DNA from: Diadema antillarum
Lineage: Eukaryota
Assembly (NCBI RefSeq): GCF_040938485.1
Contig: NW_027271592.1
Coordinates: 62,001 to 126,000, forward strand
Length of the DNA: 64,000 nt
Direction: 5' to 3'
Of the stretch, positions 36,651 through 49,001 are shown one piece after another; the first letter of the stretch is position 1, and each line of letters begins with the position of its first letter. A program made the position numbers and the translations under genes. Under the pieces are notes generated by a model. The model was not told the origin of the DNA. It searched no databases and saw nothing but the letters and a program-made list of their open reading frames with translations.

Positions 36651-38081
36651 TATCATGGCTACTACTAAAACACAGATCAATTCAGTGCTTATTCACGTTG
36701 ATGTAGGGCAATTTGTCAATCAGTGGCAATGAAATATCTCGACGGAAGAATTTCATGAATTTGAAAGATTGAATGATGTCCACAAATCAAGAGTAACAGC
36801 ATTGTGAAACAAAAATGCAGAGAAAGAAAGTGAGGACGAAGACACGGGGTGGGGGCGGGGGGTGGCATTGCATCAAACTATGGGAACTGTGCAGTCAATG
36901 GGGACCATCCGTGATTTCTTGGCTTTGATTGGCTGTGGAGAAGTGTTGCTATGGCAGTGGCATCAATTGCACAGTTACCATTAATTGTAAAGTTACCACA
37001 GTTTCACACACAGGGTCCAGATTTGGCATTCCCTGTGTTGTTAGGTTGTGATGTACAAGTACCTATTTGGTCTTAACATTTGGTGCTGTGATGCGAGTTT
37101 GTGTTGTACTTCAAATAATGCGCGTTTTTTGACATGTAATTCATAAAGGGATAGGTCACTTCTTTCAACAACAAAGTTTTCTGACTCAATGAGGGGCAAA
37201 CAGTCAACAAAAAAACAATTAATGACCAATGCCAATCCCACCTCAGGCTAGAGCTAGTACCGAATCAAATTTGCAGATTTCTGTCTTGATGGGCTTTAAG
37301 TCACAAGTGCATAGAAGTCCCAACAGTCTGCCTCCACGCATAACTTTAAATACACTAGGTACCTCTAACCATCAAGTGGCATAAAACATATTTCTGTGAT
37401 TCATTGCCAGATATTTCTACAACATTTGCAATATTTATTGTTTCAAAAAGGTTGAGCAGAATTCTCTTTCATTTCAGCTCTTTGTTGGCAATGAAATTTG
37501 TTTCCATTGCAAAATTCTAAGACGCATCATGATTGCCAAATGGATTCTCAAATTGGCAACAAATTTTAGAAGACTGAGGTTCCTGTCTGTCTCTCGTGTT
37601 GGCAGAGTTTTGTAAATTCACGAAGAAATATTCCATGCGACACTTGGTGCTCCATGGTTTTTGTCCATGGTTTAAACCATGGTTTCATTTGTACCACCTT
37701 CTTGAATTCAGGCCTTAGAATTTAACATTGTGCTTTTGCTGCTGATTAGTATGCAAAAGAGAACTACAAACACAGTCCTTTCATCCACATTCCTCATTTG
37801 TGAAGCCGACAGATCAAACTTGCGTATCTTCATCGTATTATAAGCATGGCAAACCTTGAATGAGACATTTCCTTTGATGCGTACTACAAAAAAAAAAAAA
37901 ATCCATCAGAGTAAAATACCATCACAGTGTCCTTATAAAATCGATCAGAGTAACATACCATCACAGTGCCCTTATGAAATTATTATGCTATATAATACTG
38001 ACATGAAACTGTAAAGAGACACCAAATATGTCAACAGTCGTTATGCCCGTAGTTTTACGAGAACTCCCAGACTCCTCTCAC

Positions 38082-38162
38082 CTGAAGTGGACATGCTGCT
38101 GGTGTCTCCCAGGAGAAGATGTACTCACATTCCGGTGTCTCAGTTTGGAACACCGGAGATCC
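38082..38162 (-). CDS. IGF2R: CI-MPR exon, D8 end (GSPVFQTETPECEYIFSWETPAACPLQ), 0->0
   Basis: 81 nt, tag acceptor, GTGAGA donor. Not in the ORF track in this frame. Confidence 0.94.
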
Positions 38163-38683
38163 CTACAACGAAACATGACGGGAGATAAGACAAAGTGGTG
38201 ATGTCTGAAGTTGCCAATTTGGAAAGCAGTTCCTATACGCACAGCTCTTACAAACCATGTGATGCACATTTTTTCTTTGTCGCTGAAAAAGGTCAAATCA
38301 TCAACAGAGATGCACATTCCAGTCTGGTTTTTATGATCCATTTCCAAGTTGCACAACTGAGTTGCTGGATATTTCATATTGGTAAAAAATGAAATAAATA
38401 AATCTGGAATATCTGCAGAAAGCCAGAGACTTAAGAATATTTTAGAAACAGATATAGTAGCAGATTCTTCAACATGGTATTATGAAGTACCAGGAGAATC
38501 AGACAACACACTGGCAGCACAAAAAGCATGTCGGGGCATGACTTTCATGCAATGTAAAGAGGACAAGGTATGGATAAAGACGTCTCATTAGCACCGGAAA
38601 TTACAGGAGAAACATAATGAGCAGCAATCTCCAGGAAGGCGATCACCAGATAGGAAAAAAAAATCACACAGGAATAATCTTAC

Positions 38684-38868
38684 CGGCGTGTCTGAGCACT
38701 CAAAGTTGATGCGCGTGCTGCGGTGGTACTTTCCGTGGCAGATGTCGCCATTCACGTATCGTATGCTGAGCGAGCCGTCGACGGCCGCTTCGGGCATGGC
38801 CTGCACGTAGCCCAGATTGAAGGTATCGCCGCTGTTGGGGCTGGTCTGACAAGCACCAATGGGTCCAC
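38684..38868 (-). CDS. IGF2R: CI-MPR exon, D8 (GGPIGACQ...CHGKYHRSTRINFECSDTP), 1->0
   Basis: ctgcag acceptor, GTAAGA donor. Confidence 0.95.
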
Positions 38869-39177
38869 CTGCAGAAAAACAGCACAGATATTTCTTTACA
38901 AAGCAATATACTGTGTGGTGCAAAATTATCTTTTTTTTAGGGCGTTTTTTTTTTTTCATGAATTTTGCAAGTCAGGTGCTTTTAGCGAAATTAAGGACAC
39001 ACAAATACATTGTATCATTAATCTGATCCCAACATGAATGTGACATGGCCACATACATTATTGGCATGCAGCACATAGCACATGAACAAAGTGCATGAGC
39101 CTGGCAAAACAGTTCAGCAGACATAGATCTTGGCACACCATTTTAGAAATATGTCTCAGCACGAGAATTAACAACAC

Positions 39178-39374
39178 TACTGTAAAAGTGGATATTTTCG
39201 TGCGACTAATTTTTCACGCTTGGTCGGGTAAGAAGAGTTTCGCGTGTTTTTAATTCCGCGGAATTAAAACATCACGCACAGGAACATATGGCTCGCAAAA
39301 ATTTTCGCGGTAGTTTCTAGTTGCGCGGAATGCACGAAAATTTCAACACCGCGAAAATTTCCACTTTTACAGTA
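39178..39374. mobile_element. Short relative of the TA-ended MITE
   Basis: tactgtaaaagtgga...tccacttttacagta. Degenerate relatives lie near 6870-7056 and 45390-45615. Confidence 0.7.
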
Positions 39375-39599
39375 TTTGTAAATTTCTTGCATTTTCGTTT
39401 TCTATGCTGGATCTCTACTTCTGCTCACTGAAAATAAGTGAATGATACAGATTTCTCTGTTCACTGCTCTATTCCATGATTGCAAATCTGGGACGTCCTG
39501 ATTAGACTCAATAGATCTATGACATATACAGTAGGCCATCAATTACTGTGGAAATGCTGTGTTGGAGTGATACATCTGTACCTCATGCTTGTGTAGTGT

Positions 39600-39850
39600 G
39601 ATACAGTTCAGTGTAGTGTAGTTCAGTGTAATGTAGTGTAGTGTAGCATAGTATACAAGTTGTAGTACAATTTAGTACACTGTACTATGGTGTAGTTTAT
39701 AGTATAGTATAGTAGTATACATGTAGTATAGTAGTATACATGTAGTATAGTATAGTAAAGTGTAGTGTCGTGTTATGTAGTGTAGTGCAGTGAAGTGTAG
39801 TGGAGTATAGTGTAGAGTAGTGTAGTGTTGTGTGTAGTGCAGTGCAGTGG
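39600..39850. repeat. (GTAGT/TAGTA)n pentamer repeat
   Basis: Visible directly in the sequence. Confidence 0.85.
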
Positions 39851-40102
39851 AATGTATTACCCATAGCCATGAAATGTTGTGTAAAGCAATATTGCAGTGC
39901 TGCGTAAAATGAGTATTGTACAATGTTGTGTAGCATAAGTTTGAATCAATATACACATGCAATTCGATGCTTTCCTTGACACATATTAAGCATATAGTGT
40001 TTTGCTTCTTTGTTTTTTTTTCTCCTTTTGTTTTAGTTGTTTTTCACAGTGATAAACTGCGATTCTAAGGTACACCACAGCTGCAAGGCAGCCACAACAT
40101 AC

Positions 40103-40417
40103 CTGGGCAGCTGCTGGCTGTAGTATCTCCCTTGTTGACCGGCCGACAGATGTTGATGTGATAGCTGAGCGTGTCGAACCCTGGCCTGGTGTCCACTGCC
40201 TCCCAGTTGCCTGTGTCCTTGGCCAGGGGTGAGAGGTCATACTGGTTGCCGTGGGCATCCGACACCAGGCAGTCCACGGATTCGGGCAGGCAGGCCAGCG
40301 GCGTCTCCACTTGGAAGATGAAGTGCTCGCCCTCCTGACGCACGAATGCGGGTCGTGGCTCGGTCTGGGAGGCATTGCGCCGGCACAAGAATGATATGAC
40401 TGTTGTGGCGTTCAGTG
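40103..40417 (-). CDS. IGF2R: CI-MPR exon, D7 end/D8 start (ALNATTVISFLC...NQYDLSPLAK...SSCP), 1->1
   Basis: Acceptor at 40417 or the in-frame alternative at 40447; GTATGT donor. Confidence 0.88.
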
Positions 40418-40798
40418 CTGTGTGAGATTGATGAAATCCAGAGCTGTCTGATGAGTGTTGATGTAACAAACACCCAGTCTCCTTATAGTAATTATTTGTG
40501 TATGTATTTTACAAACATTACTTCTTTCAGCAGAGTATATCCATACTGAAGCTGTGCAATATGAGTAAATATCACTAGCATTAGTACAGATGTATGCCTC
40601 ATTCACACAAAAAAAACCAACCACACAAAGAAACATACAAAAAATTGTAAATTCTTTAATTAGGCTGGCCTGTAAAGGTGCTGGTATTTGATTTATGTGT
40701 AGAGACATACTTTTTGTCCATGGACTGATCATAGAATTGGTAAGAGAAACAAGGAAAAGTAGAAATTAGGCGGTGCGTAATATATGTCCCCGCCGCAA

Positions 40799-41170
40799 GT
40801 AGCATTTAGTAGCAAAATGTACAATATAGGTAAAAAGATCAAGGTCAAAGGTCAAAGAAGTCAAAGGTCAAAATTCTGTGTAGAAGTTTTGAAGCCCTCA
40901 CCTAGTGCCATCACATAAAGCAAACGGAATCGAAATCGGGTTGGAAATGGCGAAGGAGTAGCATTTTGTAGCCAATGTACAATATAGGTCAAAAATCAAG
41001 GTCAAAGGTCAAAGAAGTCAAAGGTCAAAATTCTGTGTAGAAGTTTTGAAGCCCTCACCTAGTGCCATCACATAAAGCAAACGGAATCAAAATCGGGTTA
41101 GAAATGGCGAAGGAGTAGCATTTGGTAGCAAAATGTACAATACAGGTCAAAAATCAAGGTCAAGATCAAG
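40799..41170. repeat. ~158-bp tandem repeat (about 2.3 copies) with aaggtcaaaggtca motifs
   Basis: Units begin gtagcattt at 40799, 40958 and 41115. Confidence 0.85.
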
Positions 41171-41835
41171 GACTCAAATGAGGTGAAGTACATCGAGCTA
41201 CAGTAGTCCATCTTTGGTTTTGTCTATTTACTGAAAGAGCGATTCTCCTTCATAACTCTACAGTTTGGGATAATACAAGTGGAAAATTGTTATTTCTACA
41301 GCTTTTCTAGAAAACGTTTTTGGAGAATAGTGGAATAAGGTATGCTTTAGAGACCCCATTTAATTTCTCGAGACCTTGTACACACTCTTCAATTTCAACG
41401 CTAATAAATTTTGAAAGATTAATGCTACTGCTTTGAAAGTTAGCATGAGTCATGAATAGAATGTGCAACTAGAGTGTGCAAAATTTCAGCATAATCTAAT
41501 GATCTCTTCATTATGGTTGATATTGAGTTTTAAATCCTGTTGTTTTTTTTTTGTCCCATTCATTGCACAAAACACAGCTGTGTGAGATCAAGGACTTGAG
41601 AAGACCCTAAACTTCACAGCCCCTTTTCTCAGTAAACACTTTTCCGAGAGTGTGTGTGCTTTCTTTCCATTATTTAGGTTACAAAGGTCTAATTGTAACA
41701 AGTTATACATCGTTTTAAAGCTTAGAGCCTGCTCTTTCAGAATATTCCCTATGCTAAAAATCCATGTCTGGCATTTTTTGGTGATTTTGAGATGGAGGGT
41801 CACAAATGTACATCCAGAGTATGGTATTGGCCTAC

Positions 41836-42004
41836 CTTTCATAGGGTAAAAGTGCCCATTGTTGTACTCCAGAGTGAGGAGACCCTCATCCGAGAAGGCA
41901 AGACTTGAGGAGGCTGTGCCGAGGGAGTCGTGCGGGGTCGTCCCAGAGAGGAGACAGGCCCCTGAGTTTTGGGGGCAGGATGGAGCTGCCCCACAGATGT
42001 TAAT
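41836..42004 (-). CDS. IGF2R: CI-MPR exon, D7 (INICGAAP...SDEGLLTLEYNNGHFYPMK), 0->1
   Basis: cag acceptor, GTAGGC donor. The donor position is less certain than in other exons. Confidence 0.82.
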
Positions 42005-43001
42005 CTGCACCAGGTATGGGGCAAAATAGCAAGCGGGTAAGTGCACTGGTGTGTTCGAGCACTCTCCCAAAGCGTACTGTACCATATCATACACATGCCG
42101 TATGGCACTTCCAACACTCCAACAGCAAGCGTACTGTACCATATCGTACACATGCCGTAGGAGCTCTTAGATACTCCACAGGCATACCGTACCTTACCAC
42201 ACTTAAATAAACTGGCCCGAAAGTGTACAGTACCAGAAGTATTTGACGTGAGAGAAAGGCGTGTAACACACACTACATCACAATACAAATATTTGGTTCT
42301 CTTTATTAGGGATGCCTGCATGTACAATGTAGCTTAGGCATTATAACCCCTTTGCTATAAAACGTGTGACCCCTCTGACTCTAGTTAAAAAATACATCCA
42401 CAGAGCTCTGGAACGCTGCCAATATGGCATGGCGTGGCACAGTATGGTACAGTATGGCATGGTTCGCTTCACTTTTGAGCACTTGAACATGGCTTTACTA
42501 CCATTTGTATCTTCACATATACAATCATCTCCAATCTGAGTGCATGCTATACTACCAATGAAAAATAACGGAATTTGCTACACTGATTATAATGCTGAAA
42601 GCTGATTGGTTTGTGTTAATCTACAGCCACGGTAACTGCAAACGTCATACTGATGATGCAATCGATGGATAGCGCTTTACAAAAAAAATAATGCGAGGGA
42701 CAATTTTCAGAAGAAAGAGTCAGTATTGAATTTCGTAGTGTGCCGGAAAACTCAAATTTCTCATAAGGAGATTCCATGCAATTTTCAATTGAGCATATAA
42801 AAGTGCAACTTCATCTGTACGCCCTATAATACTCAACTTCTGGTGTATCGCATTTTGCAAGTTCCCTCACATTGCCCGCATCATGCCATATCTTATTGCT
42901 CAGGGGAAACAGTTTGGGTCGTAGTAAAATACGAGGTGACGACGGTGACAAAACTTCGCAGTGATATAAAGTAATGCAAGGTGTTCACTAGAAAAATACA
43001 C

Positions 43002-43572
43002 TTAAAGGACAAGTTCACCTTCATAGACATGTGGGTTGAGTGAATGCAGCAATATTAGTAGAACACATCAGTGAGAGTTTGAGCAAAATCGGACAATCTG
43101 TTAAAAAGTTATGAATTTTTGAAGTTTCTGCTTAGTCACTGCTGGATGAAAAGACTATTATAGGTTGTGATGTCACATGAGTACAACGATATCAAGAAAG
43201 AATAAAGAAAATTAAACACATTTTCATTTTTCTAGCATAACACAAGTACACTCGACTTCTCTCTTTCAGAAGGCAGGAGGAATAATATTACCCTTAACAT
43301 ACGTACGTCAGTAGCAAGTCGAAGAACTGTGCATTTTATTCAAAAAGTAAAGTTTTGTGAAATTCTCTTTTTATTTTCCTTACATAATTGTACGCATGTG
43401 ACATCATACACTCTAGTAGTCTTCTCTTCCAGCAGTGACTGCGCAGATACTTCAAATATTTGCAACTTTTGAACGGATTGTCCAATTTCCCTCAAACTTT
43501 CACGGATGTGTTCTACTAATATTGCTGCATTCTCTCAATTCTTATGTATATGAAGGTGGACTTATCCTTTAA
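43002..43572. mobile_element. TTAA-flanked MITE (Kolobok-like), copy 2
   Basis: Highly similar to 15307-15874. Confidence 0.7.
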
Positions 43573-43607
43573 ATAGATGATGGCAAGAAACCGAACTCTC
43601 TCTTTAC

Positions 43608-43811
43608 CTGATAACTGGCTCCGTCGGTTCCTGTCACTTCATATCCACCTTCCTTCTGCAGGGGCTGCAGGTTGTACGTATAGTCGGAATTCACGTCCCT
43701 CACTGTGCAGTTCTCCCCCTCTGACACGCCAATGGCGCAGGCCGCCTCAGTCTCCCACAGGAAGCTGTATGTGCAGGAATCTACCACTTCCAGCAGCCGA
43801 GGGGTGCTGGC
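43608..43811 (-). CDS. IGF2R: CI-MPR exon, D6 end/D7 start (ASTPRLL...FLWETEAAC...GASYQ), 0->0
   Basis: cag acceptor, GTAAAG donor. Confidence 0.93.
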
Positions 43812-43878
43812 CTGTATTTGATGCACATCAAGTAACAAAAGAACAGACATTGCCACTCAGCACCAGGTGCACATTGAA

Positions 43879-44075
43879 GATAATAATAATATATCAATTT
43901 TAATATATCAATTTATAAAGCGCAAAACCTATAGACATATTCTTCTGTGCTGCAAAAGCTTCTGATGTATTTGATGATAATAGACAGTTAAATGAAAAGA
44001 TGTGTTTTGAGTCATGATTTAAAGACTGCTACAGTTGGGGATTTCCTGACTTCTAATGGTAGGTCATTCCAAATT
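43879..44075 (-). mobile_element. L2/CR1-type LINE 3' fragment
   Basis: The minus strand reads roughly WNDLPLEVRKSPTVAVFKS*LKTHLF, then a (TTA)n tail. A shorter copy lies at about 20276-20405. Confidence 0.6.
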
Positions 44076-44526
44076 CCTAGGTCCAATGGCTACAGGTATT
44101 ACAACGCGCTGTTGACTACAGTAACCCTTTGCATGCTTTGAGCGCTATTTGGCACAGAAAACTCCATAGCCTTGAACACATTGTCAAAAGTCCATCGCAC
44201 AGAATGGGTTAAGTAGTGAAATAAGTCATGGTCAGAAAGGATGTCATCGCCTGTGAGGTATGAATAAAATCTTGTCCATCATTTACCACAGGTTGTACAT
44301 ACATGTAAAATGACTCAATCCCACATATACATTGACAGTGATCTAAAGCTCTCTGATAAAAGGAAAATGATCCAAAAATCAAATTCTCATAACAATTACA
44401 TGCAAACAAAAAGATGTCCTATATTTGCACGACAGCCACATTTGAAATGGGAATAGATTTCTTCATTTTATGGGTCAAATGACCTTTGACCCAGTTATGA
44501 TGTCGCTGCATGAGAAAGATACTAAC

Positions 44527-44682
44527 TAGAATGCCCTTGTTGCAGGCGAAATGAATCCGGCTCGTCACTCGCTGCCCGTTGCCACAGTCACTGCCGTTCT
44601 CATACGTCAGCAGAAGATGGCCGCTGCTCTCGATCGTCGGTGGGGAGCTGGGCACGCCCAGGTTGGCCACGGACACACTCTC
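44527..44682 (-). CDS. IGF2R: CI-MPR exon, D6 (ESVSVANLG...RIHFACNKGIL), 0->0
   Basis: cag acceptor, GTTAGT donor. Confidence 0.9.
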
Positions 44683-45171
44683 CTGTGGACATAAAGCATT
44701 GTTCGTTCGCGTCAGTCCCAGGCTAAGATGTGACCATCACACCTTGATCTACCAAGAATTGCCCACGCACTCTATTGTGCAGAGCCCATTTGGCAGTTAA
44801 CCATAGGATTGTTCAAGCCATCGGTTGATTTGGATACACACACACATACAGATACTATTATGTATTATTATTATATGTTACAATGCCACCCGTCTTGCTT
44901 TGAAAGGGCATGGTATGTGGAAAAAAAAAAAGGAGATAAATTACCTTCCTGTGGATTTGGTGGGGGGGATTCTTGTTTGTATGTTCATTTGTTGCCAGAA
45001 GAAATATACTACAAGCAACACATCAGCAAACTGTCCAAAGATACTCTTGACTGGTATTCTAATGAACAGAAGCCTTTCTCTGCGTGGCGCCATTCATGAG
45101 TCTTGTAAGAAGAGAATACATGCACTCTCTTCAACTGCAAAAGAAGCAAATGTGACAAATTAGTGGTTCAC

Positions 45172-45331
45172 CTGGTTGTTTTCAAAGCTCGTCTGGCAGA
45201 CGCCTGCAAAGGAGCCACACTGCATGTAGGGGTTGATGGGGCGGCAGACATTGATGTAGTACTTCTTGCGATTAGCTGGGTCCTTATCATCCACAAACGA
45301 CCAGTTCTCCTCCTCTAGTGCTTTTGAGAGA
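45172..45331 (-). CDS. IGF2R: CI-MPR exon, D6 (LSKALEEENW...KYYINVCRPIN...FENNQ), 2->0
   Basis: ctcag acceptor, GTGAAC donor. Confidence 0.93.
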
Positions 45332-45779
45332 CTGAGGGAAGGAAAATAAGAGTGTCTCCGTTGAGTAAGATACAATAACCCAAACTCACTACTGTATACG
45401 CTTTTACTTTTGCGTACATATATTTTTGCGAATGAGGAGGTCATAGACATTTTCGCGAGATGTTATTTTCGCGATCTGACGCCGACGTGAACGCAAATGC
45501 GCTATCACCCTAGCGTATGGAGACATTTTCCTGTGTTGCTAAATTCGTGATCCAAGTGATATTTGCGAAATTCGCAAAAAATTAAACCCTGGCGAAAATA
45601 ACAGCTTATATACTAACTTCTTCCACAGAAATTGCATTGGAACATGTTGCCTCAGACCTTGGTCAGCTATCATCTGGTCGGTCGGTCGGTCGGTAGATCG
45701 ATCGATCAATGAATGAATCAATCAATCAATCAATGAATCAATCCATCAATCAATTACTATAGACAGGTTTTACTGTAGT

Positions 45780-45930
45780 AATTATCGTCATTATCATGAT
45801 GATGATGTTAATAGTAATAAAAAAATAATAATGATAATGATAATAATAATAATAATGATAATAATAATTCTTCTTCTTATTATTATTATTATCATCATCA
45901 TCATCATTACCATTGTTATGATTATTACTA
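45780..45930. repeat. (TAA/TCA)n compound microsatellite
   Basis: Visible directly in the sequence. Confidence 0.85.
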
Positions 45931-45991
45931 TCACACAAAGAGAAAAACACATAGAAACACAAAACACAAACTGGTTCACTCATTAACACAC

Positions 45992-46164
45992 CTGGACAGG
46001 TCGTATTGCTCATGCTTTGCCTCATCCGTGACGACGCACTCGATGGGCTGCTGCGGGCAGGCGTGCTTGGTGTACCACCGGAAGAAATACGTGGCCTCAT
46101 TCTCCTGGAAGAACTGTGGCGAACCTACGTCCTCCTTGGGATCACAGAGAAAAGCTATCTCCGT
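45992..46164 (-). CDS. IGF2R: CI-MPR exon, D5 end/D6 start (TEIAFLCD...QENEATYFFRWYT...QYDLS), 0->2
   Basis: cag acceptor, GTGTGT donor. Confidence 0.93.
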
Positions 46165-46489
46165 CTGGCAGCGAGTAGAAATATACAAAAATAAACACAC
46201 AAAATAAGCAAAATAGAATGCAAATTGGGAGATTTCAAGTGTTCGCAGTGGTCTATGTGCTATCTCAAGACTCGCACTAATGAAAACTCAAAATCAGTTG
46301 GTTTTTTTTTTGTTTTGTTTTGTTTTTACGTGGAGGGAATGTGGGTCTTGGGCAAAAAAGTGGAAGTCGCAACCCCCCCCCCCCCCCCCCCCCCCAATTT
46401 TAGATGAAGTTTAGGGGTGTAGCACTGTTGAGAAATCACCTGTGGGCTAATACAAATGTAGTTTACACCATGTCCTTTGAAGCAGTCAG

Positions 46490-47536
46490 TGGTGACTGGT
46501 GTGACTCCGCCAAATCGCATGGTTCTCCAATAGGTATCAAGTCTTCACAATGTGAAACAACAGCGTAACATAAGTGGCAGAAAAAAATGACATGTTTGTC
46601 ACAAGTGTGTCTTACATTACTTCCCATGAACCAGGTTTCATTTGGATGGATGGCCAAGTTGTTTAAAAGAACAAGTACATGCATTGAGGAATTTCAGCAT
46701 TTTCATTTGACGTTTCATCCTTGCCCTTTGATCCATGTCCCACAATCCTTCATGTATTCACTAACTGGTAACATCAATTTTCATTACAATATGAGCTATT
46801 TTCAAAATATGCAAAGTAAAATTGAGACACATTAAGATTTTCACTTGACCTTTGACCCCATGGTCGAAATCATTCCCTATAGAATCATTGTGCAGCAATG
46901 CATGTTATTACTGTGTACCTAGTTAGATTATTTTTAGGGCCTATGCACTGGGCAATCTCCTTGGTATGGAGAAAAAAGAGGAATTCAGTAGAATTTCAGC
47001 ATTTCAACCTGGCCTTTGACCCTTGACCCTTGACCTTTGACCCATGACCAAAAATTCTCCAAGACAAACATTGACAGGCAGTGCAAGCATATGTACTAAG
47101 TTTTATGAAGATACCTTGAGCCATTTCCAAGATATGGAGAAAAAAGTGAATGTTAGCATTTTCACTTGACCTTTGACCTCTGACCTTTGACCCCAAGGCC
47201 CAAAATTGTCCATAGAGAATCTCTACCTGGTAATACAAGTATATATTAAGTTTCAAGAAAATACCTTTAGGCATTGCATACAATGTAGACATGGGGGAAA
47301 TAGTGAAATTTTAAGATTTCAACTTTGACCTTTGACCTTGAGCATTTGCACCCGAAAGTTAATAGGTACAACTTTTTACTGAGACATATTTTTACATACA
47401 TACATATGCTAAGTTTTATGTGGATACGTCAAACGGTTCTTAAGTTACGATGTCCACAAAACTGATGGCGGACGGAACGACGGACGGACAATCAGATGGA
47501 CGAACAACCCAAAAACATATTGCCTCCAGTGACCCC
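46490..47536 (-). mobile_element. Diverged copy of the same Helentron-like family
   Basis: Shares tgacctttgacc blocks, a ggacgga microsatellite and the aggcataaaaa end. Confidence 0.6.
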
Positions 47537-47604
47537 TTCATGGTGTAGGCATAAAAACACCAACAACGCAAATTGTGTCAAAACCTGAAGAACAAGCAGC
47601 TCAC

Positions 47605-47725
47605 CATTCTGTGAGTGACTTTCTCAGAGTGGTAGGGGGTTCCCCCAAGATAGGTCAGTTTGATGATGCCATCAAAGTATCCGAGGGACCGGTTTGTTAT
47701 GCCTAGAACATAGGACTCTCCAGAC
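47605..47725 (-). CDS. IGF2R: CI-MPR exon, D5 (SGESYVLG...GGTPYHSEKVTHRM), 2->0
   Basis: Matches human [29 protein letters not shown] donor. Confidence 0.93.
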
Positions 47726-48014
47726 CTGTAGAGGGCAGCAGATGAAATTAAAAGTGAGCGAGATAAAAAACAAACAAGCAAAACAAACAAAACAGAATGC
47801 GCGAAAACTTTAACGCTGCGAAAATTTCCACTATTATTTTACTTGACTTATCATCTGCCATTTTGGTGAAAGCAAAAATATTGCCCATGTTTTCTTTGAT
47901 ATTTTTTGATGTGATTTGTTTAATGTAGCAGCTTAGGAAGCAACAGAAGCCTGAAAGCAAACAACAATGAGATCAACAGCCTTTGGTTCCCTCTAGAGGA
48001 CTAGGTAGTGAGGA

Positions 48015-48234
48015 CAGTTCCATGACATTTGCTCCTGTGACAATTGCTCCCATGAAATATCTGTACGCTATTAAAGCCAAACATATATTCTACCCACAAA
48101 CATAACCCTAACCCTATGCATAATCCATACATCAAACTAAACCTGAAACCCCATCACAAACCTAACCCTAACCCTAAGTCCCTGGAGATAAATAAGATGG
48201 CAGCTATTGCCGCAAGAGCAAATGTTGTGTCACC
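48015..48234 (-). mobile_element. Same MITE, inverted, inserted into a SINE
   Basis: TSD agtgagga at 48007-48014 and 48235-48242. Confidence 0.7.
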
Positions 48235-49001
48235 AGTGAGGATAAAGCCTCTCACCTAGAGGCACAACTGTTGCAGCCAGGGGACTTGAACTAAGGACCT
48301 GATGATTGGTATTTCATGGTCTTTGCTCTGAGCCACAACAGCTCCTCCCCTTACATGGTCTATTTTTTCTTATTGTCAAGTATCACTTTACAACATCAAC
48401 AAAGTCTTAAAGGTGATGGACAGGCCAAGGAAGAATTTGGCTTATTTGTTGTTGTTTTTTCTTCTTTTTTATTCTAAAAATCTATGCCAACGAAATATCT
48501 ACAGCATAGCCGACTTCTGTGAAGAGATAATCAAGAAATTATTGATGGTATTTACAGAATTTAATCCTACATATAAATTCTATGAGCACCTGTCACCTAT
48601 TTGTGAATGTTAAAGGGAAATATACCTCATATACACATGGATATCATGCAGATTCAATCAATGCAAAAATATCAGGAGTACACAGTTGGGAGGTTCGAGG
48701 AAATTTGGACAAATTGTTAAAGGGTTACACATTTTTTGAAGTTTTGGTTAAATCTGTGTGCCATCACTGCTGCATAAAGTAGAATACAACAATTTGTGAT
48801 GTCACAATAGGGCAGCAATATACAGAAAACAATGAAGAGAGCTCTACATAATTTCACTTTTAACGATAAGTACACGTTACTTTGACTTGATACGGACATA
48901 TGCTAAGGGTTATTTTATTCCCCGCATCTTCTGAAAGAGGGTTACGCTTGAAAATCCAAAGCTTGCAATCTCGTAACTACGAGGGCGAGCTACACACTTA
49001 C

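Noticed and set aside
43608-46164. Domain 6 (also D1, D10, D12) as additional sugar sites
   Set aside because: Only partial signatures. D6 and D12 have the Gln but no correctly spaced Arg/Glu; D1 and D10 lack the Gln.
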